From assembly GCF_006345805.1 (NCBI RefSeq), contig NC_043002.1:36952001-37016000 (forward strand): a DNA stretch of 64,000 nt. The letters are read 5' to 3'. Below are positions 37,901 to 52,265 of the stretch, one piece after another; within the stretch, counting starts at the first letter, position 1; every line of letters begins with the position of its first letter. The notes below the pieces were generated by a model that did no database searches, was not told where the DNA came from, and saw only the letters and a program-made list of their open reading frames with translations. Source of the stretch: Octopus sinensis. Taxonomy: Eukaryota. The translations under genes were made by a program, and so were the position numbers.

Positions 37901-38726
37901 ATAAATGAGATCACCATGTAATTTGAAACACTACAATCCCCTTTAAGTGAATGGGACTATATTGGGCTAAAAAAAACCTTTGGTCAGACAAAAAGGTAGA
38001 AAAGTTACCCACAGGTTATGGTGGATGTGTAATGCCGGTAACATTTCCACTTTTTCCAGTCCAAACATTTTTTTAAACTCAATGTGTTATGAACTATTGT
38101 TTATAACTGCATTCACATCCAAGATATATAATTAAAAAGACTTATTTTCATTTTTCTAAATGGCTTTAAAATATAGATGTAAATAAAGTGAGAGAGAATG
38201 TTGAGTGATGAGTCATGAAATATATGTGGACTGTTCATGTCGTGGGGAACCTTGTAGGAACAGTTCTGTGATGAATTGGCAGAATCATTTGAGTGTCAGC
38301 TACAGTGTCTTGCAATACTTGTTCTGACTAAAGTGGTGAGCTGGTAGAATCATTAGCACACTAGGCAAAATGCTTAGTGGTATTTCGTCCAACTTAACGT
38401 TTTGAGTTCAAATTCTGCTGAAGTTAACTTTGCCTTTCATCCTTTTGGAGGTCAGTAAAACAAGTTCCAGATGAGCACTGAAGTCAATGTAATCGACTTG
38501 CCCACTCCCTCAAAATTGCTGGACCTGTGCCAAAATTTGAAACCAATGTTTGTTCTAACTTATTGCACCCAGGTATCAATTCCCACTGAAGTCATCTTTA
38601 CATTTTATCTTTTCAGGAGGGGGTCAGTGAATCAAGTGCCAGTCCAGGATTGTAGTGAATGGAATTGTTAAAGTGTGGTTGAGATGCCTTGTAATTTCTG
38701 TTCTGGTTCACTGGATTCTGATGGTA

Positions 38727-38964
38727 ATTCCTATTTCTTTACTACCCACAAGGGGCTAAACACAGAGAGGACAAACAAGGACAGACAAACAGATTAAGTC
38801 GATTATATTGACCCCAGTGCATAACTGGTACTTATTTAATCAACCCCGAAAGGATGAGAGGCAAAGTCGGCCTCGGCGGAATTTGAACTCAGAATGTAAT
38901 GGCAGACGAAATATGGCAACGCATTTCACCCGGCGTGCTAACGTTTCTGCCAGCTCGCCGCCTT
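38727..38964 (-). mobile_element. tRNA-derived SINE, family B (MetaSINE-like core), young
   Basis: Minus strand aaggcggcgagctggcagaaacgttagcacgccggg...tgagttcaaattccgccgaggccgactttgcctctcatcctttcgggg... The core resembles the Meta domain gcctttcatcctttcggggtcgataaa (from memory). Confidence 0.8.
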
Positions 38965-40929
38965 TCTGATGGTAATACCAGCAATGAAACGGGTGCCAAG
39001 CTGTATTGCCTCTTGCCTTTTCTTTGGTCAACAATAACAGTATAGAAAGGGATGTAAGCCATATATGCATAGGCAACTGCTGGTGTTCCATAACAAAATA
39101 TGACAGATATATTGCCCAGACCTGCAACACAGAAAGAAACTTCCTGGATGCAGTTCCATGATCTCATGAGCTATACAGTCCTAGAATGAGTAGTGTTGAA
39201 GGAAACAAAATAAAGATGGTGGAGGTATGTGCCTGTTTTAGCATTTCCGTTGATGTTAGGGAGCAGTCAGAAAGTTCAGAGATATTAAGGAATTGATACA
39301 ACATATTGAGGAATTAGTGAACCAGACATTGGTGATATAGTGAGTAGGTTGATCTGTTGAATGACTTTTCTGAATTTGGCCTGAATTGCTCTTAGTATTT
39401 CTATATAAATTCATATACTGTACATACATGAATTATGTATCTGTATTGTATACCACTATTATATATCTTATACCACCATTATTATTAGTACAGAGAGATG
39501 TGTTTATCAATGCAGATAAAATTTATCACATCAGACTTCCTATATATTAGAGTAAAAAAACAATATCTTTCTTCTGTCTTTCTACAATCATGGACATAGC
39601 ATAATTATTCATATGCATGCAGGCATGTATTTTAGCATATAGATGTGTATACACATATATCCACACTTATATGCACTCACACATGCAAATCTAAACACAG
39701 ATGCACACATACACATACACACTAACGTACACACTCACATATATTCATATATACAAATACAAATTCACATAATTTTTCACTCACATGTAAAGGCAGACAT
39801 ACATGCATGCAGACATACATGCATGCAGACATACATGCATGCATTCATGCATATACAATCATACGAGCACTCACATATCGATTAACATATACATGCAAAC
39901 ACATGTTTACAACCTCATACACATATACATATGTCTATATTATATATGTATGCCTATATATGTCAGAGTGTTTCTTTGTATTATCTCTTTCTACATTTTT
40001 ACCTAATTTACACTCAAGATATTCCATTTCAATAGCATTTCATTGATATAAATGAATCATTCAAAATTTGAACATTTAAAAAAAATCTTTCCTCAAATCA
40101 AACATCATAATGTGTGTCTTTGACAAAGAAGGCAGCTGTTATGAAGATGGTGTCAGAGTTAGAAGTTTATTCTATGAATACTCAGTCCTAGTAATAACTT
40201 ATGTCACCGCAATTACTATGTATCTTAGCAAAATTCTGAAGACGCTAAAGTTCTCAATAAAATCAGAAAACTGTTTGTTGATATAAACAAATATAGAATA
40301 TGCATCAGTTATATTTCTTTTCAGGAAGCTGAACTTTCTATATGCTGAGAGAGAGGATTGGAGATGTGCTGAGAGGATTGGAGATTGCACATATGTATTG
40401 TGCATAAGTGTTACATATTTCTGAGTATGTATGTGTTAGTTGTGATATGTATGTATTATGTCTTATTTATAAAATGTGTTAGGTGTATGAATTAGGTGTT
40501 ATATGTTGCATGTATGTATTTGGTGTTATCTAAGTACATTATGTGTATGTACGAGAAAGAATGATTTATATCAATGTTAAACAGTAGGTCCTCATATCAA
40601 AATGGCTGACAGAAAACAGAACAACATAATATATATTTCTGTTCAAAAGTATTTGGAACACTATTACATTATGTAAAGATCTATGTCAACTGATCTTCAG
40701 GCTTCATAAAATTTTAGTACGGTGATGAGATCTAATAGATGGAAACATATCTATAGTTGTTCCACTTTCTTACATGTAAATGTTAGATTGTTCTTTCCAT
40801 AAGCATGTAAATTAACTTGTGAATTCAGTAAATTTCTTGAAATTATCTCCCTTTACATTGAGAGTTGCTAACAATTACTTCTAGGTTTTTGTTTTCTTTC
40901 TTCAACTAAAAGGAAACTTTCAATTAATT

Positions 40930-41292
40930 CTTATTTTTATATATTTCAGTCATTAGACTGAGGTCATTCTTAGTTGAGCAAATTGACCCCCAGTACATTC
41001 TTTAAAGGCTGGTACATATTCTATCAGAATCTTTTGCTGAACTGCTAAGTTACAGAGATGTAAATGCATCAACACTGATAGTCAAGTGGTGGTTGAGTAC
41101 AAACAGACAAAAATGCACACACATAAATACATATATAAATAATGGGCTACTTTCAGTCTCTGTCCACCAAATCTACTCACAAAATTTTGGTCAACTCGAG
41201 GATAGAGTGGAAGACATTTCTATAAAGTGCCACACTGAAATTGAACTCAGAACCATGTCATCGGGAAGCAAATTTCTTCCACATAGCCATGG
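40930..41292 (-). mobile_element. SINE family A copy (diverged)
   Basis: Contains tttcagtcattagactg and tttcagtctctgtccaccaaatctactcacaa blocks. Confidence 0.65.
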
Positions 41293-41669
41293 AATTTCTT
41301 TGTTTTGCAAATCTCATTCTGTAACTTATTTATATTTTCATAGATTCTTTTTAAATTGATTTTATTTTTAAATGGGATATTATTTTTGAATTCCTATATA
41401 AAGCACAAACATTAATAAACTTACTTCCCAACCACATGAAACCTTGGACACATTTCTTCTACTATAGTTTTTGGCTGAACAAAGCCTTGTGAGTACAGTT
41501 GATTACATCTACCCAGGTACTTATTCTATTATATTAGTTTGTTATTTTCTTGAAGTCACAAGAAGGGAAAGTAAAATGGGTATTGGCAAGATTCAAACTC
41601 TGAATATAAAATTTTATCTGATCATTAATCAATTCTGCTGCCCAAAAATCTGCACATATACGTACAAAT

Positions 41670-41704
<35 letters not shown>

Positions 41705-42250
41705 TACATGCAAATGTACATGCACACAGATAAATGCATGCATGTGCACACACACACACACATAAATGCACGCACACACTTATATAACTACACATGCATG
41801 CACACACATACACACACACACAACTACAACATACCAACACGCATGCAAACATATACACATGATAGTCTCCAGCACAGTTTCTGTCTCATAAGTTCACTCA
41901 CAAATTTTCGGTTGCCCCAAGGCTATAGCAGATAACACTTGTTGAAAGGGTCACATAGTGACACTGTATCCAAAACTACTGTGAAATAATACACATCTAT
42001 ATCTATAACTGTTATCTAATTTATGAGGTAAAATAAATCCAAAGATTCTGGTGTTTGGTCAGAATTGGCAAAGTTTGTATTTGTTATGTCGCCCATTCAG
42101 ATGCCTTCAACTCAACTCTACTCTCGACTCTGTTCTAGTCTACTACTGTGCTCTGACGACGTCTAGACTTCTCCCTCTACATCTACGTGTTGGGCTAGCC
42201 TACTTCATTGTCTGGGGGTATCCACACAACAGTATTATTTGGTAAATATT

Positions 42251-42490
42251 AAGGCGGTGAGCTGGCAGACACGTTAGCACACCGGGCGAAATGCTTAGTG
42301 GTATTTCGTCTGCCGTTATGTTGTGAGTTCAAATTCTGCCGAGGCCAACTTTGCTTTTCATCCTTTCGGGGTCGATAAATTAAGTACCAGTTATGCACTG
42401 GGGTTGATGTAATCGACTTAATGCCTATGTATGTCCTTGTTTGTCCCCTCTATGTTTAGCCCCTTGTGGGTAATAAAAACATAAGTATTA
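42251..42490 (+). mobile_element. SINE family B, young, with an apparent 16-bp target-site duplication
   Basis: agtattatttggtaaa occurs at 42231-42246 and 42484-42499, flanking a full copy. Confidence 0.85.
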
Positions 42491-43814
42491 TTTGGTAAAA
42501 GAGCACATGCCGGGTAGAATGTCCAATGTTTTGGACAGAGTTCTTTGTGGTTATGATGGTAGGAGAGGTGGGAAAGGACAAAAGAGCAAAAGATTAATAA
42601 GGCCACTGTAAGATTTGAACACACAATTCAAAGAACAAAACGTGACCATCTGGTGCTCTAATGATTTTGCCAATGCACTGCTCTATGTGGGTATATGTGT
42701 GCCTGTGTGTATGTAAGTGTGCATGCATGCATACAATACAAATGTAGAATACATTACATTAATCTTTGTTTGAATATGTATATAAATGGTTGCTGGATTT
42801 ATTTACTCATATATGTAAGAGTTTTCATAACAATATGCACATGCTTTTAATGTTTGTACATTTATTTCCCCCTCTCTTCATGTTAGCATACATTTGAGAG
42901 TTCTGAGAATGTATAGAATTGCATGCCCATTCTAATGCTAAATCCTCGAAGGCGAAATTTGATTGCTGGAATTTAAATAATGCACTATGGCAAAGAATAT
43001 GATACAATGTCTGTAATAAATATAAACCTGTAATAACTTGCATTTTTATTTTCTTGCTTGTTTTTATGGATATATTTATGCATGGATAAGGCTGCACAGA
43101 TCAATAGATATTTGTGTGAGCATGCATATTGATAGATGTATATATAATGAAAGCCTTTATTTATTTTTTTACAATGATGGAATGTTAGATTTTTCCAGGT
43201 TACACTGATTCAGTCAATATAGTGTAATGACAATTTTCGTATTAGAAAGACTTTATAAAATGAAACCAAATGTTGCTTCTAATATAATTCATGTAAGAAT
43301 ATACAACAATGAACTATTGTGCTGTTCTTGTTATTATTAAGCTCCCAAGTCAGCCCTGTTTGACCAGACATATGCTCGAAGACGTTTTAGCTGTGACTGT
43401 CCTGTCTTTTTGTATATCCAGGGTTCAACTGCCCAGCTTTTTATGCCTATGATACTTTTCAGGGCCTCTATGACTAACAGAATAGAGGAAGGGTGGTATT
43501 CTCAGAATAACAGAAATATGGCTTAAAGTGAACTCCTGTAATTGAATCTAAGAGATAGGTAGGGATACTAAATTGGTTGACAGATAAAGGATACCACACA
43601 AGTTGGGCATGGTGGGATTTTAGTTCCAAATGTAAAGATATGTGGTTCAATCCCCACTTGTGATTCTGCCCAATTCATAAATGTGCACAGACATAAAAAA
43701 TAAAAACAATTGTTTAGCTATAGTTTCATGGTTAAAAGAAATAAATCACCAACTAAATAAGATGTTAGTCTATCAAAAGTTCCTGATCTCAATACTTATT
43801 CCTGCCAGAATGAA

Positions 43815-44216
43815 ACTAGAAAAGCACTCGGAGAGCACAGACCTCTGCCAAACTCAATTTAAGATAAATACACGAGTAAAATTACTGACAGAGAAATGAA
43901 AATAAACTTTGGAAACAGTAATACCACCATAGGTTACGTGGAAACGATGAATGTGTTTTCAAGGGAGATAATCAAAGAACGTAACATTGTAATACTTCAT
44001 GTAAAGTAAATATAACAAATGAAAAATCCTTCAAGAATCCATAAAAATTCCCAAATCACTACTAGAATTTCATCATCTGTTTCTTGTGTCATTACCAACT
44101 TTTTCTGCAAGTTTCATTAAATACCGTTCACAACTTTTTGAGTTATTTTGCACACAGACGGACAGACGGACAAACCAACGCCGGTGAAAACATAACCTCT
44201 TCTTTGGCAGAGGTAA
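43815..44216 (+). mobile_element. Non-autonomous Helentron/HINE-like element
   Basis: Starts actagaaaagcactcggagagcacagacctctgccaaa. Sub-terminal inverted repeats acctctgccaaa (43841-43852) / tttggcagaggt (44203-44214), a 3' hairpin acctct..agaggt, and an internal (GACA/GACG) repeat. Confidence 0.6.
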
Positions 44217-44822
44217 AAATGCATGCTGGTTCAGAAACATTGGCCAGCACTAGATTTGAACTTATTATACAAAAGCAGTTAGTTCAAAATCTTATCCACT
44301 TGGCCATCTTCTTCTCCTTCACACATACACACACATAGTTTCATTTTTATGAGTTCGTAAAAATATTCTAATCAAGTACAAAAGCGCTTGTATGTGTCTG
44401 TGTGCAAATGTGTTTGTCTTTATACTAGGTGGCCATAAAATCTGAACATTTTATTCAATTATTTTATGTAATCTATTTTAATGTAAACTAATCGAAGTTA
44501 GCATTGATTAATAATATAAAAAAAATAAAATATTATCAAAAACAAAAAAATAATAATTGCATTATTTTCAAAATTTTGAATATTTTTTTTATATCCATCA
44601 GTTCAGTTGATTTAAAGTTATATGTTTGTGAGTGCATTGTTAATTTGGCTAATGTCATTGAAATACTAGCGATTCATGTATTACTTTAATTGTCAAAATA
44701 ACCATAACATTTACAAACTCCCATTCAGAAAAGCTGGAGCCCTTTCAGAGCTTTTTTGTTTGTTTATTTTTATTATTATTAATAGTTTGAGAGAGAATTT
44801 GGATGGGAAAATTACAGTAATG

Positions 44823-44855
<33 letters not shown>

Positions 44856-45262
44856 GTTATAGCAAAACACTATTCAAGGCTGTAGAGTCATTATAGCTAC
44901 TTAGGAGATCAAATACTAATCCCTTTGACTAATGGCTGAGAGGAAGGCCACTCAAAAACAAAATCAGATATCACTACACAAGCATATTTGGAAATATCAG
45001 CCCCAAAATTGTTTTAATTTGATAATTACATCATGAAGTTCTGTTAAATTTTGTATTACTTTTTAACTATCTTTTATCTGTTACTCGTTTCAGTTATAGG
45101 ATTGTGGCCATGCCAGGGCATTGCCTTGAAGGGTTTTAGTTGAACAAGTCAACCCCCAGTATTTATCTTTTTAAAAATTAGTACCTTAGTACTTGTTCTC
45201 ACAGTTTCATGCTATGGGCCCACTAGAATTATTTCCCTTATCTCACTTTTGTAACAATTTAG

Positions 45263-45331
<69 letters not shown>

Positions 45332-45381
45332 AATACAAACGGATTTAACTCTTTATATTTGTTAAACTGTATGTTTTCTAA

Positions 45382-45610
45382 TTAAACCTTTAGCATTTAA
45401 TCTAGCCATATCCAACCTGAAATATTCTACCTGTTTCATGTTAAAACTGACCAGCTCAAACCTCTCACACTTAACCTACAATGTCATTCTAAAAATATAC
45501 GATCACATCATTACAATATTGAAGCTACAAGATAATACCTGATTAATTCAAAGCTATGTAAATAAACAAGCATTATATGTGACAAAGAAATCTGAATGTT
45601 AAAGGGTTAG
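45382..45610. mobile_element. piggyBac-type MITE copy
   Basis: ttaaacctttagcattt...ctgaatgttaaagggttag; internal sequence matches 50291-50503. Confidence 0.65.
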
Positions 45611-47634
45611 CTGGTTTGAGGAGACTTTCCTTCACTGATAAGGTCAAACAAAACCAAAAACTTGTCTATAGCTGTCACCTTACTTTTAAATAAACTTCAA
45701 ATATTCTCTCGAAGCTAGAAAAATTAAATTTTATGTGATATTAATGATTCGTTATTCTTTGAAATTATCTTCTGTTTTCTTCAAGAATTGCTGCTACAAT
45801 ATTATTTTGTTCCCAACTAAAAAGGCAAATTTCAATTCATTGAGAATTTTTGCATATGTTTTTGGTACATCACCTGAATTAATTATTTATATTGGAGATT
45901 ACAAAAGAAAACTTTAAAACTTAGTTAAGTATTTAAATAGTGCTACTGAAATAAAATTTTATTGTTGATTTATTGAAAATATTCTTAAAGGGTCTACTTT
46001 TTATAATCACTCTGAATATATGTAAAATAATTTCTTTATTATTTCCTTCAACATATATATATATATATACATGGGTGTCTGTGTGCATGTATGTGTACGT
46101 TCATGCGTACAAATATAAAGTGGCACTTTGTCAGTTCTGACGAAAAGATTTCCAGTTGATCCAATCAACAGAACAACCAGCTCATGAAATTAATGTGCAA
46201 GTGGCTGAGCACTCCGTAGATACATGTACACTTAATGCAGTTTTCAGGGAGATTCAGCATAATACAAAATGTGACAAGGGTGGCCTTTTGAATGTGGTTG
46301 AGAAACGAGCTTCTTACCATGCAGCCATGCCTGCACCTAATATATATATTAATAACAGTTTGACTCAGATCCACATGACTTAAAGTTTTATGGGTGTATA
46401 GAACCCATTGTTTTCATCAGAAGTCAGAAGCAGGGTAGGAATTTCTCTTAAAATTCTCACACTGTTCCTGGTATTTCATGAGATGGACATATCTCATATG
46501 GCAACATTTACACACACACACACACACATACACGCATACTCCTTACAGTTTCTCATGACCAATTCACTCATGCACAGCACTGATTAGCCTGTGGTTATAG
46601 TAGTAGACATCAGCTGATGGCGACACACAATGCGAACAGTCCCTAAACCATACAGTCTTAAAGTGAATTTCTTTACACAATCATGTCGGCATCTGTCTGT
46701 CTATATATCCATATATATATATATCTGTATATACACACATATGGATACCATGCATAATGTATCAAAAAAATAATGAATAAATTAGTAAGAAGATCTTGTA
46801 GGAAGTAGACCTATGCCAATTGGTTATTACCAAGTGTATTACCATAATAATGTTACCAGTTGTTTGCTGATCCACTGTTTCTACATGCACTATTGGACAT
46901 TTTCATAACATCCTGATAAAACATCACATAATGTCAAAATACAAATAGAAAATGTACACCTAGCAATTGACCTTGTATCTGCTTTCTTCTCTTTATTTCA
47001 AGCAAAATTAGACCCCAACCTCTGCGACTACTATTACAACCACACAGATTAGAATAATAACCATAAAAATTAATAACGAGCTATTTCAAAGGAATACTGT
47101 CCAAGAGTTTCAAGTGCAAGCACTCTCACAGGAGTGAAAGAACAACCTCAATGTAAATGAAAGAAAATTGTTTCAATTTATAATCAAATATGCACCAAAG
47201 ACTTGCCTCATTGAGAATTCAACAACCATATCAAAGCAACTGCTATAAAAGCAACAATACTGAATTTGAACATTGGCACAAGGCAACACATTTGATGGGA
47301 GGGCACAGTTGATTAAAATCAACTCCAATATTTGACTGGTACTTATTTTATTGACCTTGGACAGATGAAAGTCAGGGTTGATCCTCTGTGGATCTAACTA
47401 AATACTTCAAGGCAATTTTGTTCAGCACATTATAAATTCTAATTAACAAAATATTCTTAAAAACAAAGAATATAATAGCAGCCTTGAAACAATCCCTTTC
47501 TCATTTCAGATATGCACTAAAGAAATTTACTGATTCACCAGTGACAAAACAAAGTACACAGCAATAAGAGGCAATCAGTCAGGCTATTTTACCATGCAAC
47601 ACATTGAAAGAAAAGTAAATTATTTTCATTTGAT

Positions 47635-49170
47635 AATGGGAGTAGATTAACAGAATCATTAAAGCATTGTGGTATTTGCTGTGGCTCAATGCACACTGAT
47701 TTCAAATCCTGCCAAGTCTGACTTCACCTTTTATCTATCTGGTGTCAATAAAATAAAATACCACTCAAGTACTGAAGGTGATTTAATCAAATAGCCCATA
47801 CCCTCCGAAATTTTAGGCCTAGTTTGAAATGTTTGAAACAATTGTTATGAATTGATACAATAAGAACCAATCAAGCATTAGGGTTGATATAGCTGAGTGT
47901 TCTTTTCTTCTGAAGTTCTAGACTTTAGTCTATACATGAAATTATTAGTGTGGCAGATTAACAGAACCATTAGAATATTAGACAAAATGCCTTAAATTAT
48001 CAGTTTTGACTCTTTACATTTCAGCTTTAAATCCTGCTAAAGACAAATTTGCTTTTCATTCACTGTGATTGATGAAATAAAATACCAGTCAAATGATTGG
48101 GTCAATATAATCAGCTAGTCCCTCCTCAAGAGTCTGTTATTATTTCTAGAGTTGTGGATTAGCAGAATTGTTTAGCATGTCAGAAAAAATGCTTATTAGT
48201 ATTTCTTCTGGTTTGGCATTCTGAGTTCAAATGGTGTCAAGGTCGACTTTATCTTTTATCCTTTTGGGGATCAATAAAATAAAGTATCAGTCAAGTATTG
48301 AATCTGTGTAGTTGACTAACCCCAACTCCCCAAATTTCAGGCCTTGTAATTATAATAGAAAGAATTATTATTATCATTATTATTATTATTGAGTGAGAGA
48401 GCAGTGCATGCCATCAAAGTGACACTGGGGTAAAATAACGAAGCCCAGTATACCCACCATGACTACCTGTCTGATAACGGTACACCAGGCACATGCATCA
48501 CAACCATATGTGCACGACATGGTGATCTCATATCAAGATAAACAGCGCATGACCTTGCAGGTGGGGCCCAGTTAGAATTTTCTTCATGTTGAGTAGCCCA
48601 TCCCGCTCAAAAGGTCCCTGAATAAAGATTGTTTAAGGATGTTGAACGAAACACCCATGTTTCCAAAAGTGAATAATCCAAACTTCCAAGAATTCCTTTC
48701 AACACACGGCTATGATGCTCCCCCACTACTTCTGCTTGTAATCAGAGATGCACCTATCGTCAGCTACTAAGTGACATGCTCAATTGGTTAAGGTCAAACA
48801 ACTGACAAGCAAATCTGTGGTATTGAGCAGAATATTTGCTGTAGCCCATTTTTTATACCAAGACAAAACAATGTACATGATAGCACTTCCAATCAGTTAA
48901 AATCAGAAGCCATGAGAGCCACTGCCTGGTACTGCATCAGGGCATTTATATTATTATTATTGTTGTTATTGTTGTTGTTGTTGTTATTATTATTATTATT
49001 ATTGGTCTGTCTTTATATTCTGAGTTCAAATTCTGCTGAGGCTGACTTTGCCTTTCATCCTTTCAGGGTCAATGAAATAAGTACCAGTTGAGCACTGGAG
49101 TTGATGTAAGCAACTAGTCCCCCTCCTCCAAATTTCAGGCCTTGTATCTTTAGTAGACAGGATTATTATT
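47635..49170 (+). mobile_element. Cluster of at least four decayed family B SINEs, with a 560-bp dispersed repeat (48391-48948) between (ATT)n tracts
   Basis: Repeated aaataaa(g/a)tacc..tcaa...ggg(t/c)..at.taatc blocks. The 48391-48948 element is well preserved and flanked on both sides by ATT/GTT repeats. Confidence 0.65.
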
Positions 49171-49791
49171 ATTGAGCAGCTGTTGATGGTTATAGTATGT
49201 ATTTGGCTATCAGATGACTCTAAACCAAGAAGGGAATGCAAATTTTCTCTTTTTGGTGACTATGTCAAAATATGTTGTCTAAAAGACAGTGTGAAAAGAT
49301 TGAGGACACATGCATTTCTCTCTTTAGTCAAGCTCTCACCATCTTCATCAAAAACTACTTAGAGAAGGTGCTATGAAGAGATAGGTCTTTTGCTTTAATG
49401 AATTTGCGGAAAGTTGGCAGGCAGTGGTGAACCTAGTCTCAACATGTTCCTGTAGGACAGAGAAGTTGCTAGGAGTGAGGACTTGCCCTTGGCAATAAGG
49501 GTAATTTGATCTGTTGATTGTAGGGTTGTTTTACAATAGGACAAAATTTATATTATTTGCTCTCGACCGAAGCAAGGCTCTATAACCTTACTACCTCCTC
49601 CTGGTCAAAAAAAAAATGTGTAGAGGGGTTCTCTAATAAACCAGCCTCTCAGTCCAAAAAAAAAAAGGCTCGATTCTTTCTCTTCCTTTCGTCTTCTTTT
49701 CTTCAGCTGTGCGACCCATGCTGATCCTTTTCTTTTTCCTAATAGTCCCCTGGGTAAAGCACAGAAGCTCCCTACACACACAAAAACATAA

Positions 49792-51068
49792 ATAGATTAA
49801 TGTTGGGCCCTTACACTTGTCCACAGTCCAGAGTGTTCATATCTTGAGACAGCACCGTTTGATTGTCCCTCAAAAAGCTATTCCATTACTGGGAGATTTA
49901 ATGCCATTTCTTTCTATACATGTTGGTTTTTTACCATATTCATTTCTGTGTAAACTCTCACTGCTTTTGTAATTAATCCTTGTAATTCCCCTGTCATCTC
50001 TTTTCCTGTACATATTCCATAATTCTGGCATAGTTTCAAGTTCATGAAACAAGTCTCATATATATTTTGCTTTGGCTAAAACTGAGCAACCAGAACTAAT
50101 GTGATAAATTGCTTCTTCGTCCCTGCCTCCACCACATTGTTACTATTTGTACTCTGATTCATTATAAATATTTTCTTGTTATTGATGTAACTGCAGGTCA
50201 GCCATGTGTAAGTAGACTTATGGCCAAAAGCATTCTAGCCATGATCAACAAGTCTGCTTAGAAGCATCTAATGATGTAGTCTTTCCTTGTTTAACCCTTT
50301 AACATTTAAACCAACCATATCAGGCCCAAATATTTTACCTGTTTTTATGTTGATACCAGCTAGATCTGACCTCGCACTCCTACCTACAATGCCATTGTAA
50401 TCAATGAAATGTCAAAGCTATGACATAATGCATGATTAATTCAAAACAATTTGAATAAAAAAGCATTATACTTCAGAGAGTAATCTGAATGCCAAAGGAT
50501 TAAGAAGGTAAGAAAAGAAAATTTAGTTGGAATTTCTAGCTGGTTAAACAACCTATTAGAGGTCCCTTCGTTAATTAATATGTATAGTTTTAGTAGTTTA
50601 TGGCAGACTCTTTGGCCTCAGTTTATGTGGTTAAGAGGCTTGCTTTCTAACCACATGGTTTTCAGTCATGCCCCACTGTGTGAAAACTTGTGCAAGTGTT
50701 TTCTACTATAGTCTCTGGTTGACTAATGCTTTGTGAGAAACTGTGGAAGTGAAACAAGGTGGAAAAAAATAGTACTTGAATACCAGAGGTAGAGTAATAT
50801 GCTTTATTAAAAAGCAGCAAAAATATCACAAAAACTGTTAGAGTTTCCCATTCCTGTTCATTAGACAATTTTGCTTAGGATTAATTACAAAAGCAGTGAG
50901 AGTTTACACAGAAATGAATATGGTAAAAAACCAACATGTATAGAAAGAAATGGCATTAAATCTTCCAGTAATGGAATAGCTTTTTAAGGGACAATCAAAC
51001 AGTGCTGTCTCAAGACATGAACACTCTGGACTGCTACCAACAAGTGTAAGGGCCCAACATTAATCTAT
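49792..51068. repeat. Local inverted duplication: about 190-bp arms (49792-49980 and 50877-51068), plus an outer 56-bp pair (49461-49516 / 51104-51160)
   Basis: ...gttgggcccttacacttg...gtaattaatcct is the reverse complement of aggattaattac...caagtgtaagggcccaac; about 94% identity by eye. Confidence 0.9.
50291..50503. mobile_element. piggyBac-type MITE (about 210 bp)
   Basis: TTAA|CCCTTT...AAAGGA|TTAA termini. Same-family copies at 45382-45610 and 22546-22772. Confidence 0.7.
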
Positions 51069-51235
51069 AATTCTATTAAAACAGCTCTAATATCAAGAAA
51101 CCCCAACAGGTCAAATTACCCTAATTGCCAAGGGCAAGTCCTCACTCCTAGCAACTTTCTAAACAAACTGTCCGACAAATGGGAACGTGAAACTCTGAGT
51201 AACGATTTTTGTGATATTTTTGGTGCTTTTTAATA

Positions 51236-51327
<92 letters not shown>

Positions 51328-52074
51328 TGTATGTATGTATGTATGTATATATATGTATCAATGAGTATGTGTCTGTGTTTGTCCCTCATCACTGCTTAAT
51401 TACTGGTGTTGGTTTGCTTACATCCCTGTAACTTGATAACTCAACAGTTTGGTGAAATAAACTAATATTTTGTAGCGATTTATATTAATTCCTCTTTGTT
51501 ATTTATTATTCATTTTTGTAGGTTTATAAAACATATTTTATAACAGTTTTCTTGTTCTAGAAGACCTATATTCTCTTTGTTCATTTCCATTGTTTTGTCT
51601 TTGAGCTTATCTAGGCATTTATTCTGAGAGTAAACGACACTCATTGAATGGAATGCTAATCTGTCACTTGATTAACCCACAGGGTGACACTGGTATTCAT
51701 TTTACTGGAGCAACGTGAAATGAAAATTATGAACTTCTTGTATTCAATGCTCAAGTGTACTACAACTTATCAGAAAAGAGTGAAAGAAGGGACAAGAGAC
51801 AGTAATATGTCAAATGAAGAAAGGCAATAATGATAGCTAAAAGTATATGTACAGTACACTGAATAAGACACAAAAAGAGAGAAAAATTAATAGTAACAGG
51901 GCCATAAAGAAGAAAGGGTGCATGGGCATATAAGGAGCACTTACTTAAGCTCTTTATGCTCTTTGGGAAGTTCTTGACTCTGGGTTGTCTTTCTGAGTTT
52001 CTGTGAGGGAAGGCCCTTTGCTCCCATGACTTTTTCGTTTTAAATTATTTTTGATCTTCAATAATTTTGTATTC

Positions 52075-52265
52075 ATTTTTTACCAAGGTAGGAGTGTTAT
52101 CCCTACACAAACCCACTTGTGCCTCTGGGAAGATATGATCCATATTAGTTTGACCTCTACCCTCTGACTTGTCCTACATGTGAGATCCTGCTGGAAGCTT
52201 GCACTTTACTGGCATAACTCTTTGGATCATTGAGGAACACAAACCACCACACTAGAACAAGTACA
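52075..52265 (-). mobile_element. Decayed RTE-like 5'-end fragment
   Basis: Minus strand cttgttctagtgtggtggtttgtgttcctcaatgatccaaagagttatgcc...gagggtagaggtcaaac...gtagggataacactcctacc resembles RTE 5' termini (recognised from memory only). Confidence 0.4.

Noticed and set aside
52075-52265. Possible HDV-like ribozyme in the RTE 5'-end fragment on the pre-mRNA strand
   Set aside because: The copy is decayed and I could not build the P1/P2/P3/P1.1 nested pseudoknot.
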